From a virus: a stretch of DNA of 64,000 nt. Shown piece by piece: positions 18,639-29,743 of this stretch. The notes under the pieces are model-generated. The model did not search any database, was not told where the DNA came from, and saw nothing but the letters and a program-made list of their open reading frames with translations. Numbering within the stretch: position 1 is the first letter of the stretch; the number at the start of each line of letters is the position of its first letter. A program made the position numbers and the translations under genes. The stretch lies in the IMG/VR virus record IMGVR_UViG_3300031414_000012, positions 39,149 through 103,148 of that record; one strand, given 5' to 3'.

Positions 18639-21122
18639 TTATGCGTATTCAATTTGCAGACAACGATTAGCACCTTCCACTGTACCCACGTTCGCCGCAT
18701 CCATCACAATGACATCAGCATTAACTAATGTATCGTGAGCTTCTGGGTTGTGTGAGATGTAGAAGACCTGAGAGATTCGTCTAGAGTCAATCAGTTGCTT
18801 AAAGAACTCCACTACCCGCTGGCGATGTTCTGGGTCAAAAGTAGCACCAAGCTCATCGGGGTAGATTGGATAGCCGTGCATGTCAGTAAATGACAAGTAG
18901 ACTAACACAAAGGTGAAGTTAATAAATGCACGCATTGCACCGGACCCTTTAGCAATATCAGGAACCAGTTTAGGCCGACCTTTAATCTCGATAGGGAATC
19001 GATAGTCAAGATCGGTTGCATCGAGACCACACGGTTTAATGACCATGTCGTATGTCCATACACACGCAATGAAATCGTTCATCTGGTTAACCAGCGAGTC
19101 GATACATGCGCTCAGCTGATCTGCAATCAAACCGGACGTCGGTGACATCTGCTCGATAAGAATCTTCATATCAGACTCTTTCTGCATAAGCTCATCGCGC
19201 TGGCGCTCTAGACTGGCTACAATCTCCTTCGCTGACTTACGCTCGTTTAACTGATACGAGAGCTGTGCGAGTTCCGCTTGCTGCCGTTCGATGTTCTGAC
19301 GGAACTGATCGTTCAACTGAGACGCAAGATAATTACGCATTGCCGTATTAACGCTTTCCAAAGAAGTAGCGAGTTTGTCTTTTAAGGACTCCCACTCTTT
19401 CGCTTGGTTGTAAGCCTCGTTCAACTCATCGCGTTGGCGACGCCATTTCTGCTCATCGTGCGTTAAAGCAGCAACGATATCTTCCAGCTGTTTAGCTCGT
19501 TGAGTCAAGAACTGCGAACTTCCCCCACCTGCAATCTCAGTAGCACGTTTCAGTACTACATTGATTTCATCGATGCGGTTCTCAACACGAGTACGGTCAG
19601 CCAATACACGCAGTTGCTCTTTCCAGCGATAGAACAGATGTACGCAAGCGTTAGGGTCTTCGAATACCAAGTCGTTAGTTGCAAACTCTTTCCACAGCAC
19701 ACCCAAGGCAGTATTCGAACTCACGACGTTACGGAAGTCACCGAAGAGTCTACGCCACTCATTCAGTTCATCCAACCATGCCTGATTGCGAGCATACGCC
19801 TCGTTCACCTGATTCAGCTGGACATTGAGAAGCTCAATCTTCTCACCGAGGATACGCAGTTCGTTTTCAGAGACGCCCGGTACCCAAGTATAACCACACT
19901 TCGGACACTGGGTGTTTTCAGCACCTTCAATCATCTCTTTACGAGCAGATAACTTAGTGAGTTCGGTTGCCTTGATATTGCGAGCAGTGACCAACTCATC
20001 GTGCTTACGTTGAGCCTCAGCTAATGCGTCACGATTGTATCGCTTGCCAGGGTTTGGTGGGAGAGCCAACAGCTTATCCGTGATCGGACCATCGAGTTCA
20101 TCTGCTAGACGGAACAGATAGATAAAGTCACATTCACCATAGTCAAACTCGATGCGTTGCACTGAATAGAAATCTTTCAGTTTAGCTTTTAACTGCTCGA
20201 GTTCTTCCGTTAGAGTATTACCGCCAGAGCCAGCCATTACTGACATCTGATGGATCGTGTCTTCGATCTCTGTGAACTCACGACGACGTTCGACTAACCC
20301 AGCCTCTGCGTTTGCACGAGCTTGTTCGGCGTAGTTAATTTGGCGAAGGATGTTTTCAATGTCCTTTTGCCCCCGAAGCATCTCAGTATCCATGGATAGG
20401 ATACGATCGCCAGCCAGTGACTTCAATTCACCCATTGCCTGCTCAAGCCGACGGTTAGCTTCGTGTCTAGGTGCGGCGTGTTGGTCGACAGCGAACATAA
20501 GGTCGGTAATGTTGGCCGTTAAGCGGTCTATATGGTCCTGTAGATCGTTTAACTCCTCATCGGTAAACAAACCCTTGTACTCAACCGCCAGTCGCGTCTC
20601 GGCGTGTTTACGAGCACCTGTGGCATCACGAGCAATTGACTTCATTTTGTTAAATAAAGCTAATGCATAAGTCACATCGTAAGAACAGGCTTTCGATATC
20701 CACTCACGACGCTGCTGTGGTGTCATTGCTGTCAGTGTAATCTCACCTGTCAGTAACTGATGCAGTGCGTCCGTGTATTTGAAATATTGGAAGACCAGCT
20801 CTTTCTGAGTTGCGCCGGTACCCTCATCGTTCAATACTTCTTTGTTACGAATAAAGGTGTGCTTGTTACCCACACGGAAATCAGAGATTAGGGTGTAGTG
20901 GTTACCTTCGTCATCTGTGATCTCTACGTGTTTAAGTCCGCCGGCTAAAAAGTCCTGGCGAGAAGCGGGTAATGGTGACAGCTCTGCGAACAGAGAACTC
21001 TTACCAGACCCGTTTGTTCCGATGACTAACTGGTACTCAGACTCAGGGGTATAGACAACCCGTTTGATTCCAGCGTACAGCAACCGAACGTTGCCTTCTA
21101 AGATCAGTTTGTTAATGCGCAT
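18639..21122 (-). CDS. sbcC: SbcC/Rad50-like SMC ATPase
   Basis: Walker A GTNGSGKSS, long coiled coil with CPKC zinc hook, signature GSGAM, Walker B YPDE, H-loop ISHN; GGAG RBS at ATG 21122. Confidence 0.9.
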   Translation of the reverse strand: MRINKLILEGNVRLLYAGIKRVVYTPESEYQLVIGTNGSGKSSLFAELSPLPASRQDFLAGGLKHVEITDDEGNHYTLISDFRVGNKHTFIRNKEVLNDEGTGATQKELVFQYFKYTDALHQLLTGEITLTAMTPQQRREWISKACSYDVTYALALFNKMKSIARDATGARKHAETRLAVEYKGLFTDEELNDLQDHIDRLTANITDLMFAVDQHAAPRHEANRRLEQAMGELKSLAGDRILSMDTEMLRGQKDIENILRQINYAEQARANAEAGLVERRREFTEIEDTIHQMSVMAGSGGNTLTEELEQLKAKLKDFYSVQRIEFDYGECDFIYLFRLADELDGPITDKLLALPPNPGKRYNRDALAEAQRKHDELVTARNIKATELTKLSARKEMIEGAENTQCPKCGYTWVPGVSENELRILGEKIELLNVQLNQVNEAYARNQAWLDELNEWRRLFGDFRNVVSSNTALGVLWKEFATNDLVFEDPNACVHLFYRWKEQLRVLADRTRVENRIDEINVVLKRATEIAGGGSSQFLTQRAKQLEDIVAALTHDEQKWRRQRDELNEAYNQAKEWESLKDKLATSLESVNTAMRNYLASQLNDQFRQNIERQQAELAQLSYQLNERKSAKEIVASLERQRDELMQKESDMKILIEQMSPTSGLIADQLSACIDSLVNQMNDFIACVWTYDMVIKPCGLDATDLDYRFPIEIKGRPKLVPDIAKGSGAMRAFINFTFVLVYLSFTDMHGYPIYPDELGATFDPEHRQRVVEFFKQLIDSRRISQVFYISHNPEAHDTLVNADVIVMDAANVGTVEGANRCLQIEYA

Positions 21123-21357
21123 GGTGACTCCGGAAATACATTCATCTATACGATACTGCTGTCGTGTTAATTTTAATTCCTTGTTGTGGTAATTTATTAC
21201 AATTACCACTAATCAAATGGAAGAGTTTTTAATATTAACTCTAATAATAAATATATTCCTTCCCTCCTTTCTGCTTAGACAGAAAGGGTTTTGTTTGTAT
21301 GCAACTTTGCAAATTATAGGACAAGCAAATTAATTTTTACTAAAGCGGAGCTGGGCT

Positions 21358-22326
21358 ATGCAGGAGATGAGTAGCAACTTCAAACCCGTGTCAGTTGCAC
21401 GCGTACTGGAAGACCTGGAACCTGGCACGGAGATCCTACTGGTCGGTGGGTTAGAATCGAATCCCGGTCCAACGGGGATGATGGTTTCTGATACCCAAGT
21501 CGTAGAGGCTAAAGGTAAGGACTCCACTGGGAAAGAGTACAGTAGTAAGACAACTACTGATACTGTAATAAAGGCTAAGTGGTTACGCTGGGGTAGCCAG
21601 CGTTTAACACCGCCTAATGTCCGTCGTAAGATGCGGGTGATGCTCTATCGCTTTGCAGACCAAGATGAGTACTATTGGGAGTACATGGGTCTCGATGGAC
21701 ACCTGATGCGATTGGAAACAATCGTCTGGGGGATTAACAATAATGCCAATGCCGACGGCGAGTCCACGGTTAAACCGGAGAACATGCACACCTTAGAGTG
21801 GTCGACCCACACTAAGCAGCTGACGCTCCGTACGTGTAAGTCTCAGGACGAGCCAGTGGCCTATATCTTCCAGTTTAACTTGAAGGAAGGTTCTGTTACT
21901 TTGGCTGACGATCTTGGCAATATCGCTAGCTTGGATTCACAAGAGGCGATCTGGTTACTACAGAATAGTTTTGGCTCACACCTCAAGGTTGACAAAAACA
22001 GCATCTTTGCCTTTGCTGCGGAGTTGATCAAGGCCGAAACAAAACTGTTCCAGGTAATCGCAGAGACCGTTGAGATTAAGGCTAACTTATTCAGCGGGGA
22101 TATCTCTGAACAGTTCCATGTAGACACACCACAGGCAAACTTCACTAGTAACGTTACCGTTGGTCAGATCTCCACCGGCTATAACAATAACGGCAACGGG
22201 ATGGTGTCCAAAGGTAACATGCGTATCGAAGGTGAACTCGTTACGACTGGTGATGCGGTGATTGGTGGTAAGATCACTTGCGCTGGCATTGATAGTTCAC
22301 GAAACGTTAATGCACCGAACATATAA
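21358..22326 (+). CDS. Baseplate central spike / tail-tip protein (phiKZ gp164-like)
   Basis: N-terminal OB-like region (KWLRWGSQRLTPPNVRR); C-terminal beta-helix-like repeats (GNMRIEGELVTTGDAVIGGKIT). Confidence 0.65.
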   Translation: MQEMSSNFKPVSVARVLEDLEPGTEILLVGGLESNPGPTGMMVSDTQVVEAKGKDSTGKEYSSKTTTDTVIKAKWLRWGSQRLTPPNVRRKMRVMLYRFADQDEYYWEYMGLDGHLMRLETIVWGINNNANADGESTVKPENMHTLEWSTHTKQLTLRTCKSQDEPVAYIFQFNLKEGSVTLADDLGNIASLDSQEAIWLLQNSFGSHLKVDKNSIFAFAAELIKAETKLFQVIAETVEIKANLFSGDISEQFHVDTPQANFTSNVTVGQISTGYNNNGNGMVSKGNMRIEGELVTTGDAVIGGKITCAGIDSSRNVNAPNI

Positions 22327-22333
22327 AGAAGCA

Positions 22334-22358
22334 CTCCCTACCCACTGCGGGTAGGGAG
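22334..22358. terminator. Bidirectional terminator
   Basis: CTCCCTACCC-ACTGC-GGGTAGGGAG then GCTTTTATGCCG. Confidence 0.8.
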
Positions 22359-22370
22359 GCTTTTATGCCG

Positions 22371-23609
22371 TTAGTGCTTGGTACGATAAATCTGAAGCCA
22401 GAAAGCATCCTGATAGTTCGTCGGCTTATGCACGTAGCGGTGGTTCGTTACGTACTTCTGCTTACGGAACTCAGTCGTGCGACGCATGTAGTTAGTGAAG
22501 AAGTAATCGCTAGTCCTCACCACGTAATCGTGCTTAGCTGCGTACCAGGTGTAGTTGATCAGTCGACCTGTATCGGAGATCATCGGGTACATTGGTTTGC
22601 TATAGGCCATGTAACGACCCGCTAACTCTGCCTGATGCACCATCAGTCTTTCAACGCCTACATCGGTAGCGTCGATAGTGAAAACAAAACTCTGACTCAG
22701 CGTCAGTAACGCGGCGATGTTCTCCGTTGTCGTCAACTCAGTGAAATCCAGTTTATCCTTACGGTTATTAAAGGAAGTCAACTTGATAGAAGAGACATCG
22801 GTGGATTGCTTGAGTATCCAGTAGCGTTCTACGATCGGATAGTCACGCATGTTCAACTTCAGCAGGTTAGATCCCACTTGATCGTAGGCGTTATCTAACA
22901 GGTGCAAGTAACCGCCAATGACAATACCTACCGTTTTATTGGTGGTATCGATACCAGACAGTTTCAAGTAAACGCTATCAGTATAAGGGAGGTCGTCAGT
23001 CGGCGGGATCAACATATCAGCGGTAATAGCGAACCGCTCAATCTGACCGATTTTCTCGAAGTTGAGGATACCGACACGATTCTCTTTAGAAGCCTGTAGG
23101 CTGCGCCCAGCATCTTCGATGACAAACCCATCAGGTATGGCCACAGAGTTGTGCACAAGCCCATTCACGAGGAATAAGACATACTTATCGGCAGTAGTAT
23201 AGTCTACGTCTGACTTGGTTACGATGGCATCAATAACCTGGTCAAGCGTTAACTCCTGCTCGACGGCAATATTCCTGTTATAACCCTGAACCTGGAAGCC
23301 ATAGTTCCAGACATCGCGGTACGTTGCGTATACCCGATCGTTTGCTGGTAAGTCATCGCTTAGCGGAATCGTCTGATTCCCGATGGATGTCAGCCACTCA
23401 CCGAACTTAATTGGAAGGAAGCGAAGGTTGGTATTTAAGTCCCACAGATTCAAACTGTAGCGACGCTGTAACTCAACAACTTCAATCTCTGCCAAGGCAC
23501 CGGTGTAGTTCGTGAATATCTCAGCCAGCGTTAAGTCAGCCAGATTTACGGGATTCCACGCACCCGGAGCACCGACCTCGACGGCCGTTGCTTGTATGTA
23601 TCTATACAT
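22371..23609 (-). CDS. Conserved virion structural protein
   Basis: 412 aa; GAGG RBS; divergent from the fibre cluster. Confidence 0.55.
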   Translation of the reverse strand: MYRYIQATAVEVGAPGAWNPVNLADLTLAEIFTNYTGALAEIEVVELQRRYSLNLWDLNTNLRFLPIKFGEWLTSIGNQTIPLSDDLPANDRVYATYRDVWNYGFQVQGYNRNIAVEQELTLDQVIDAIVTKSDVDYTTADKYVLFLVNGLVHNSVAIPDGFVIEDAGRSLQASKENRVGILNFEKIGQIERFAITADMLIPPTDDLPYTDSVYLKLSGIDTTNKTVGIVIGGYLHLLDNAYDQVGSNLLKLNMRDYPIVERYWILKQSTDVSSIKLTSFNNRKDKLDFTELTTTENIAALLTLSQSFVFTIDATDVGVERLMVHQAELAGRYMAYSKPMYPMISDTGRLINYTWYAAKHDYVVRTSDYFFTNYMRRTTEFRKQKYVTNHRYVHKPTNYQDAFWLQIYRTKH

Positions 23610-23722
23610 GTCATTACCTCGATAATCCGTGCTCGGAGGCCGACTTATAATATGTCATAGCCTACACCACGTAATACCCAAAGAAATTATTTTTTACACT
23701 AGGCTCGCAGAGGCGAACAGTT

Positions 23723-26368
23723 ATGTTTGATAAAAAGTATCTATACGAATTCGATCCGTCTGGAGGTTTGGCGGCGAACCGTGTCCCGCCAGAATCACAT
23801 AGTATTAACCCCGCCAGTGGGGCTGACTACGATGTGATTATCCCTACCTTCGCACCGTTCTTCCGACAGGGCCTGGTCGTAAAACACATCACCAGCGGTC
23901 AAACGCTGACTGAGGGTGTGCATTTCGACTTAGGCTATCATTTCGAAGCCGCGTCACTCGAATGCGGTACGCCAATCTACGGTGGTATCGTTGTAATAGA
24001 CCGTACCTTGTCCGGTCGACTTACCGTTGAATACCAAACCCTCGGTGGTGAATGGGTATTGGACTCGCAAGAGATCCTTAATATCCTGGCCAATATCAAA
24101 AACGACCCACGTAAAGTTAAGTGGGATGACGTCATCGATAAGCCGATTGTTTTCCCACCCGTCGATCACCTTCATCACTCTGATGACCTTGTCGGCATGG
24201 ATGAAGTGGTACAGGGTATCGAGGCTATCCGTCAGACACTGGGTGATTCTGCTGCTAAGTCGCTGACAGCGCTATTGGAACACATCCGTGACCACGCTAA
24301 CCCACACCACGTCACTCTGGCACAATTGGGTCTTGATTCACTGGGTCAACTCTCAGAAGCAACTGAGCAAGACGTTGATGCTGGGACAGACAACCTGCGT
24401 TTTATCAGTGCTCGCCGTTTGGCGTACTTCCTGACGAAGAAAGTACAGCCTATCGTTGATGCCCACGCAAGTAAAACAGATAACCCACATGGTGTTACTA
24501 AGTCCCAAGTTGGACTGAGTGACGTTCCTAACTATCGCATGGCTACATTGGCTGAAGCGATGGAAGGTGTGTTGGGTAACCGCTTTATGTCGCCTGCTCT
24601 GGTGCAAGCACTGGTCGCCGATCGAATTGCAGCAGCCATGGCAGATAGCGGTGATAAGCCTACGAAAGAGTCTATCGGTTTAGGCAACGTCGAGAACTAC
24701 GCCATTGCTGACTTCGAGCAGGCTGTAGCAGGTACGTCTAATGCGCTCTACATGACACCACTTCGTGTGGCTAACCATGTCGCTAACGCAATTGCAACAG
24801 CGATGCAGGCGCACCTTGATGCTGACAACCCACACAAGATCACCGCCACCACAGTTGGTCTGAATCTGGTTCAGAACTATGGTGTGGCTACCGCAGCAGA
24901 GTTGGTCTCCGGCACAGCGACGAATAAGTACGTTACTGTCGCTGGCGTTAGCACAATGATCAAGAATGCGGTGGGATCTGGTGTTGCGGATGATCTGAGC
25001 AATCACATTGCAGATAAAGAAAACCCGCACGGCGTTACCAAGACACAAGTAGGTCTGGGTGACGTAGACAACTACAAAACTGCCACTGTAAGTAACGTGC
25101 TACTTACCGTTTCCAATATGTTCATGACCCCAGCTGCATTCCTGGGTTCGCTGTGGACTAAACTGTCTGACCGGGCACTGGAAAATGGTAAGCTGGGTGA
25201 TATCGCAATTCTGGATGGCAACCCACAGACCGGTGGTGTTCGCTATGGTCGTGTTGTTTCACGCGATCTGGTTATCTCCACTAACTCGGACGAGCTGGCT
25301 AAGCTGAAAGATGCTAACGAAGACTTCTCTCGTGTGTTCTCTACCTGGAAACGTTTCAGTGTGGATAAGAACACGATGGTATCTCCGGCAGTGTCTTCTG
25401 AATTAGAAGCCTGGGTGTTCGACAAAACCAACAACCGTATCGTCTGTCAGGTTAACTCTGTATCGGTTATCGGGTTCGTGTCACCTAAGTCCTATTCAGA
25501 CTATACCTTCGAAGTCAACGCCGCTTCTAGCGATGCTGATGACGACTTGCTGGGTATCCTTATCGGGTACTATCAGGAAGATGGTAAGACGCACACCCTT
25601 ACAGCCCTGCGTAGCTGTGGTGGTGACGGCAGTGGTCTGAGTGGTAACGTTACCGGTAACCGTGGTCGTAGCCTTTGGTATATCGCCAAAGACTTCGGCA
25701 CCGCAGAGGTCAAGTATCTCTACGAGGGTAATGGTGGGTTGAAATGGCCCGATACCGGCACTGTAGACGATTCACGCCATCCGATGGCCGACGTAGGTAG
25801 TGCGGCTAATAAAGGATGGGGCGAGTGGCTGAAGGGCGTTAAGATCAGAGCAACGCGTGATGGCGACACTATTGTAGTAGAAACAACCGACTACAATGGC
25901 GACACGTACGTCTCAACCTCTAAAGTCACCATTGACCTGAGTGCTGACGACGACCTCGCTGGTTTCATGGGTAGCTCACCGGTTGGTTATGTCTGCTTTA
26001 GTCAGAACCAAACCACCTGGACTACCCTGACGCGTCCGGACGGCAAGCAACCTATCTACGATCTGGAAGCCGGTCAAGTCCTGGAGTTCGATGGTTCTGA
26101 TTGGGTCAACAACGAGGGTTCTGATGAACTCGTTCACCCTGGCCAGATCTACCATACTCCACTTACTGGTAAAACCCACTTTGTGGATACGTACGGCGAT
26201 ACGTTCCTGATCGCAGATCTTAATCCGCCTGCGAATGTCATCACTCAAAACAGTGGCGATATTCTGTTCAGCGGTAACGGTTCTAAGGCCACGCCTCTTA
26301 CTGCTGAGTTTAGCGGTACGACTACTAAGGCAATGCACTCTGATACCGACATGACTGCGGGCAGTTAA
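23723..26368 (+). CDS. Tail fibre protein with NPH repeats
   Basis: Four H..D..NPHxVTxxQVGL-type repeats; N-terminus paralogous to 30333..31769. Confidence 0.8.
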   Translation: MFDKKYLYEFDPSGGLAANRVPPESHSINPASGADYDVIIPTFAPFFRQGLVVKHITSGQTLTEGVHFDLGYHFEAASLECGTPIYGGIVVIDRTLSGRLTVEYQTLGGEWVLDSQEILNILANIKNDPRKVKWDDVIDKPIVFPPVDHLHHSDDLVGMDEVVQGIEAIRQTLGDSAAKSLTALLEHIRDHANPHHVTLAQLGLDSLGQLSEATEQDVDAGTDNLRFISARRLAYFLTKKVQPIVDAHASKTDNPHGVTKSQVGLSDVPNYRMATLAEAMEGVLGNRFMSPALVQALVADRIAAAMADSGDKPTKESIGLGNVENYAIADFEQAVAGTSNALYMTPLRVANHVANAIATAMQAHLDADNPHKITATTVGLNLVQNYGVATAAELVSGTATNKYVTVAGVSTMIKNAVGSGVADDLSNHIADKENPHGVTKTQVGLGDVDNYKTATVSNVLLTVSNMFMTPAAFLGSLWTKLSDRALENGKLGDIAILDGNPQTGGVRYGRVVSRDLVISTNSDELAKLKDANEDFSRVFSTWKRFSVDKNTMVSPAVSSELEAWVFDKTNNRIVCQVNSVSVIGFVSPKSYSDYTFEVNAASSDADDDLLGILIGYYQEDGKTHTLTALRSCGGDGSGLSGNVTGNRGRSLWYIAKDFGTAEVKYLYEGNGGLKWPDTGTVDDSRHPMADVGSAANKGWGEWLKGVKIRATRDGDTIVVETTDYNGDTYVSTSKVTIDLSADDDLAGFMGSSPVGYVCFSQNQTTWTTLTRPDGKQPIYDLEAGQVLEFDGSDWVNNEGSDELVHPGQIYHTPLTGKTHFVDTYGDTFLIADLNPPANVITQNSGDILFSGNGSKATPLTAEFSGTTTKAMHSDTDMTAGS

Positions 26369-26375
26369 TAAACAT

Positions 26376-26402
26376 AGAGGGGTCCAAGTGACCCCTCTTT
26401 TT
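26376..26402 (+). terminator. Intrinsic terminator
   Basis: AGAGGGGTC-CAAGT-GACCCCTCT-TTTT. Confidence 0.75.
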
Positions 26403-26416
26403 ATTCTGGAGTTAAC

Positions 26417-27001
26417 ATGGCAAAAGTTAGCCTTACTACCCTTTGGAATGACTTCCATGCTTGGATCGCAAGGAAGGACAACCCACACGCAGTTACTGCT
26501 GATCAGGCTGGTGCGTATACCCGGTCGGAGATAGATTCACTGTTGGCTGGTTACTTACCGGCTGGCGTTTTACCGATTACATCTTTTGGTTTCCCCAACA
26601 GTGACCGTATAGAGTACAGTGCCTCCAGGCTGACAGGTAACATCTGTCGAGTCGTATTTGCTAATATGGCTACCCCGGTTTTAATGGATGGTCGTAAGTA
26701 CCTGTTGGAGCAAGCGTCGTGGCAATTCACGGTCCCAGCTAACACCACTGTCTATCTCTATTTAAAACGAGATGCTTCGTTGGGATATAACTCGGTGCAG
26801 CTTGAGGCGGCAACCGCTGCTCGCGCCGATACGTCAAGTAACTTCTTCATTGGCACTGCCGTGAGCGATGGTACTAATATCACCGTTACCATTAAACCCG
26901 TGGTCATGATATCGGTTTATCGCATCTCACCCGATCCTATCGGCGGTGCCATCCCAACCTCCACTGGCCTGCCAACTGAGACTGGTACCTTTAAGTGGTG
27001 A
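26417..27001 (+). CDS. Short tail-fibre-associated protein (single NPH motif)
   Basis: RKDNPHAVTADQ; N- and C-termini homologous to the next gene. Confidence 0.7.
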   Translation: MAKVSLTTLWNDFHAWIARKDNPHAVTADQAGAYTRSEIDSLLAGYLPAGVLPITSFGFPNSDRIEYSASRLTGNICRVVFANMATPVLMDGRKYLLEQASWQFTVPANTTVYLYLKRDASLGYNSVQLEAATAARADTSSNFFIGTAVSDGTNITVTIKPVVMISVYRISPDPIGGAIPTSTGLPTETGTFKW

Positions 27002-27005
27002 TAAC

Positions 27006-29696
27006 ATGATTTCATTAGTTAAGTTGGGAAGCGACTTTGCTTCTTGGATATTGCGTAGGGATAACCCTCATCAGGTTACAGCAGATCAGATTGGTACGTA
27101 CGCTACGACTGAACTGAATGAAAGCACCCTAAACGCTGACCTGGTCCCAGCAGGAACAATCCCAATAACACGTTTTGGTAACTTGCTGTGGATGCCCATA
27201 AACTTCTCAGGTAGTTTCGAAGGCGCAACTAGGACAGAAACGTTCTGGTTCAACGCGATGACTGTTGAAGACGACGGTACACTAGTGCTGTTGATGAACG
27301 CGACTAATGGCGTTCGTGAGTCTGTCTACTACAGCTCGTTCGAGATAGCCAATGCTGAGATCGTTAAGCACAATCCCATTGCTACAGAGTACCGACCCCC
27401 ATTCCTCAAATCGACGGAGTGGATTGGTGGTCTTTATCAATGCATGGCTAAAACAGCTATCTGGGGTAAGCTCTACGGTAACAGCTCGTACGACGCCTTT
27501 ATCGTTTTAACCAGTGGGACGTTAAACCCAGAGAGTCATGTTGGCGCGTATCTGGATAACACTGGTTTGAGTGTTACTGACTCAGGAACAGTTGTTGCAT
27601 CAGGACAGTATGTCTATCTCCTGCAACCATCGACTGGTGTGGATATTGATGTCTATCGAATTGCGATTGTCGATATCAAAACTAAGTCTGTTGTTTCGTG
27701 GCAGAAAGTGACCGGCATTACTACCTACGGCATAAATTTAAATGCCCCGAACTATCCGAGCATTCATGTCGCTGACAATCTCTTCGGTGCGGAGATCAAC
27801 GATTATCCGTTATTCCGTAAGGTGGGTAATCCACCAACGTTTAGTCCGTCGCGTATCCAAATCTACGGCGACGTAAACCCGACGACTGGGGAGATTTGGT
27901 TTAGGTGGTTAGCCTGCGGTCAGCACCAATCGAATAACACGTACTACGGCGACGCCATGGGCTTTGTTTGTGTATTCGATCCGAGTACGATGACAGCCAC
28001 AGTGCCCGAGGCTTTACGTGGTGACACACAGATTCAGGAGGCCAGTAACGGTCCTGGTTATGTGTTATCCGGACCAAATGCGTACAGCGACAATGCTGTT
28101 AAGATCCGTGCAAATGCCCAACCACACGATAGTGCCATAATCGGTCAAAACGGAATAGGTTTCACGATCAATTACGGAAATGAAAACGCCGGGACAATCT
28201 GTCCATTTACCGTACCCAACTTCAAGAACTATTGGGAGTTCTGGGATTACAGTAAATATACCACGGTAAATAAAACAAACCGTAACTTGATACGTCGTTA
28301 CCCCGGCCCGTTTGGCGATTCGTCGAGGTTGCTGCATGTATTGGCAACAGATCGCATTGGATGCATCTCCTACACCAATAACGGTGACGATTGGAACAGC
28401 CGTCGTACCTCGTTTCCCGTGACTGCGATTACTGCGTCGATGAACTATACCTTCAATACGCAAAGATTAGGAACGATAAACGGATTCCAACCCGTGGATC
28501 GCACCGACCTGATCTCCAGTTTTAAAGGTACGCACTGTGAATACCATGACTTGAATGGTACTTCTGTAAGCGTGGGTTGTGGTAGACTCTGGGAGAATAG
28601 CCTTAGTGCGTTCACCACCGTTGACAAGGACTTGAACTACTCCGGTACTGTCTCAGTAACACAGTCACAGTGGGACTCGTTAAAGCAGGCAGTAAAAGCC
28701 GCTGCCGGTGAAAGTATCTGGCCGTCTAATGTGACTCTGAACGTCTATATGGAATTGCAGGTCTTTAACGACACGCGTATCCCGTGCATTGGTATTGTCA
28801 GCTTGTATGATGCAAGTGCGCGTACCCTAATGACTGTAGCGTTTAGTTTCAACACGAGCGGTAGAACGGGTGCGATTGCGACCCTAACTTTTAAGCGAGT
28901 TCTGTTCACTTGGAACCAAACAAACTCAAACGGTATTCTCAATCGTGGTCGTGAGACACTGGCTCCGACGTGCGTGGCTAGAAATGCAAGCGAGGGTTTC
29001 ACTGTTGTCTCAATGTCGGCGTACTATGCTAACAACGGGATCGGTAGTCAGCCAGGATTGGGTATTACGGTGATGCACATTGATGGTGCCGATGACTATC
29101 GCAGTGACTGGATTAAGACCGCTTCTAATAACCCATGGTATTTCGGTTTCACACATTACGGTGTCATACCGGGCTATGGGTTAGGTGCACACGACATGAC
29201 GGCTAACCGCTCACTAAGTGGCACAGGGTTGGTGTGGAGACCGATAGGTAAGACGAAGACCGAGATAGAAGCCTGGACTGCTGGCACGCCACAGTACATG
29301 GTGATGTCTCAGCAAGCACCGGTTGGTTGGTTTGCTTATGTCGGTGAGTCAGTTCCTGTTTATATGGCCGGTAAATACGTGACGGTTCCCGCAACGTCCA
29401 TCGATCTCACGAAGGTGAAATCGAATCCGGCTAATAGCAAGTTCTACGTTTACGTAGTGGACACTGGGTCGACGTTTGAATACCAAACCTTCACTGCCCC
29501 AGTTGAAGAAACACTGTCACGGTGTTATGTGGGTTATATTGAAACCGACAGTCTGAAGATCGCTCGACAGACTATGACCAAAATAACCCGCATCGGCATT
29601 TATCGTTTATCTGCGGCACAAGTCGGTTCGGCTATCCCAGTTGTGGGTGGTCTACCTACGTCGTCTGCTTCACTTGAATGGACTAAGACCAGCTAG
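27006..29696 (+). CDS. Tail fibre / receptor-binding protein
   Basis: RRDNPHQVTADQ N-terminus, large beta-rich central region; ATG 27006 follows the previous stop. Confidence 0.7.
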   Translation: MISLVKLGSDFASWILRRDNPHQVTADQIGTYATTELNESTLNADLVPAGTIPITRFGNLLWMPINFSGSFEGATRTETFWFNAMTVEDDGTLVLLMNATNGVRESVYYSSFEIANAEIVKHNPIATEYRPPFLKSTEWIGGLYQCMAKTAIWGKLYGNSSYDAFIVLTSGTLNPESHVGAYLDNTGLSVTDSGTVVASGQYVYLLQPSTGVDIDVYRIAIVDIKTKSVVSWQKVTGITTYGINLNAPNYPSIHVADNLFGAEINDYPLFRKVGNPPTFSPSRIQIYGDVNPTTGEIWFRWLACGQHQSNNTYYGDAMGFVCVFDPSTMTATVPEALRGDTQIQEASNGPGYVLSGPNAYSDNAVKIRANAQPHDSAIIGQNGIGFTINYGNENAGTICPFTVPNFKNYWEFWDYSKYTTVNKTNRNLIRRYPGPFGDSSRLLHVLATDRIGCISYTNNGDDWNSRRTSFPVTAITASMNYTFNTQRLGTINGFQPVDRTDLISSFKGTHCEYHDLNGTSVSVGCGRLWENSLSAFTTVDKDLNYSGTVSVTQSQWDSLKQAVKAAAGESIWPSNVTLNVYMELQVFNDTRIPCIGIVSLYDASARTLMTVAFSFNTSGRTGAIATLTFKRVLFTWNQTNSNGILNRGRETLAPTCVARNASEGFTVVSMSAYYANNGIGSQPGLGITVMHIDGADDYRSDWIKTASNNPWYFGFTHYGVIPGYGLGAHDMTANRSLSGTGLVWRPIGKTKTEIEAWTAGTPQYMVMSQQAPVGWFAYVGESVPVYMAGKYVTVPATSIDLTKVKSNPANSKFYVYVVDTGSTFEYQTFTAPVEETLSRCYVGYIETDSLKIARQTMTKITRIGIYRLSAAQVGSAIPVVGGLPTSSASLEWTKTS

Positions 29697-29743
29697 AGCT
29701 AACCCAAACTTATGAGTTAGGTCTTTGGTTTGGCCCTCCCGTT

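Noticed and set aside
29687-29743. Frameshift fusion of the 27006-29696 gene to the orphan cassette
   Set aside because: Only a ~7-nt overlap window (TAA at 29684 in the cassette frame) and no slippery sequence.
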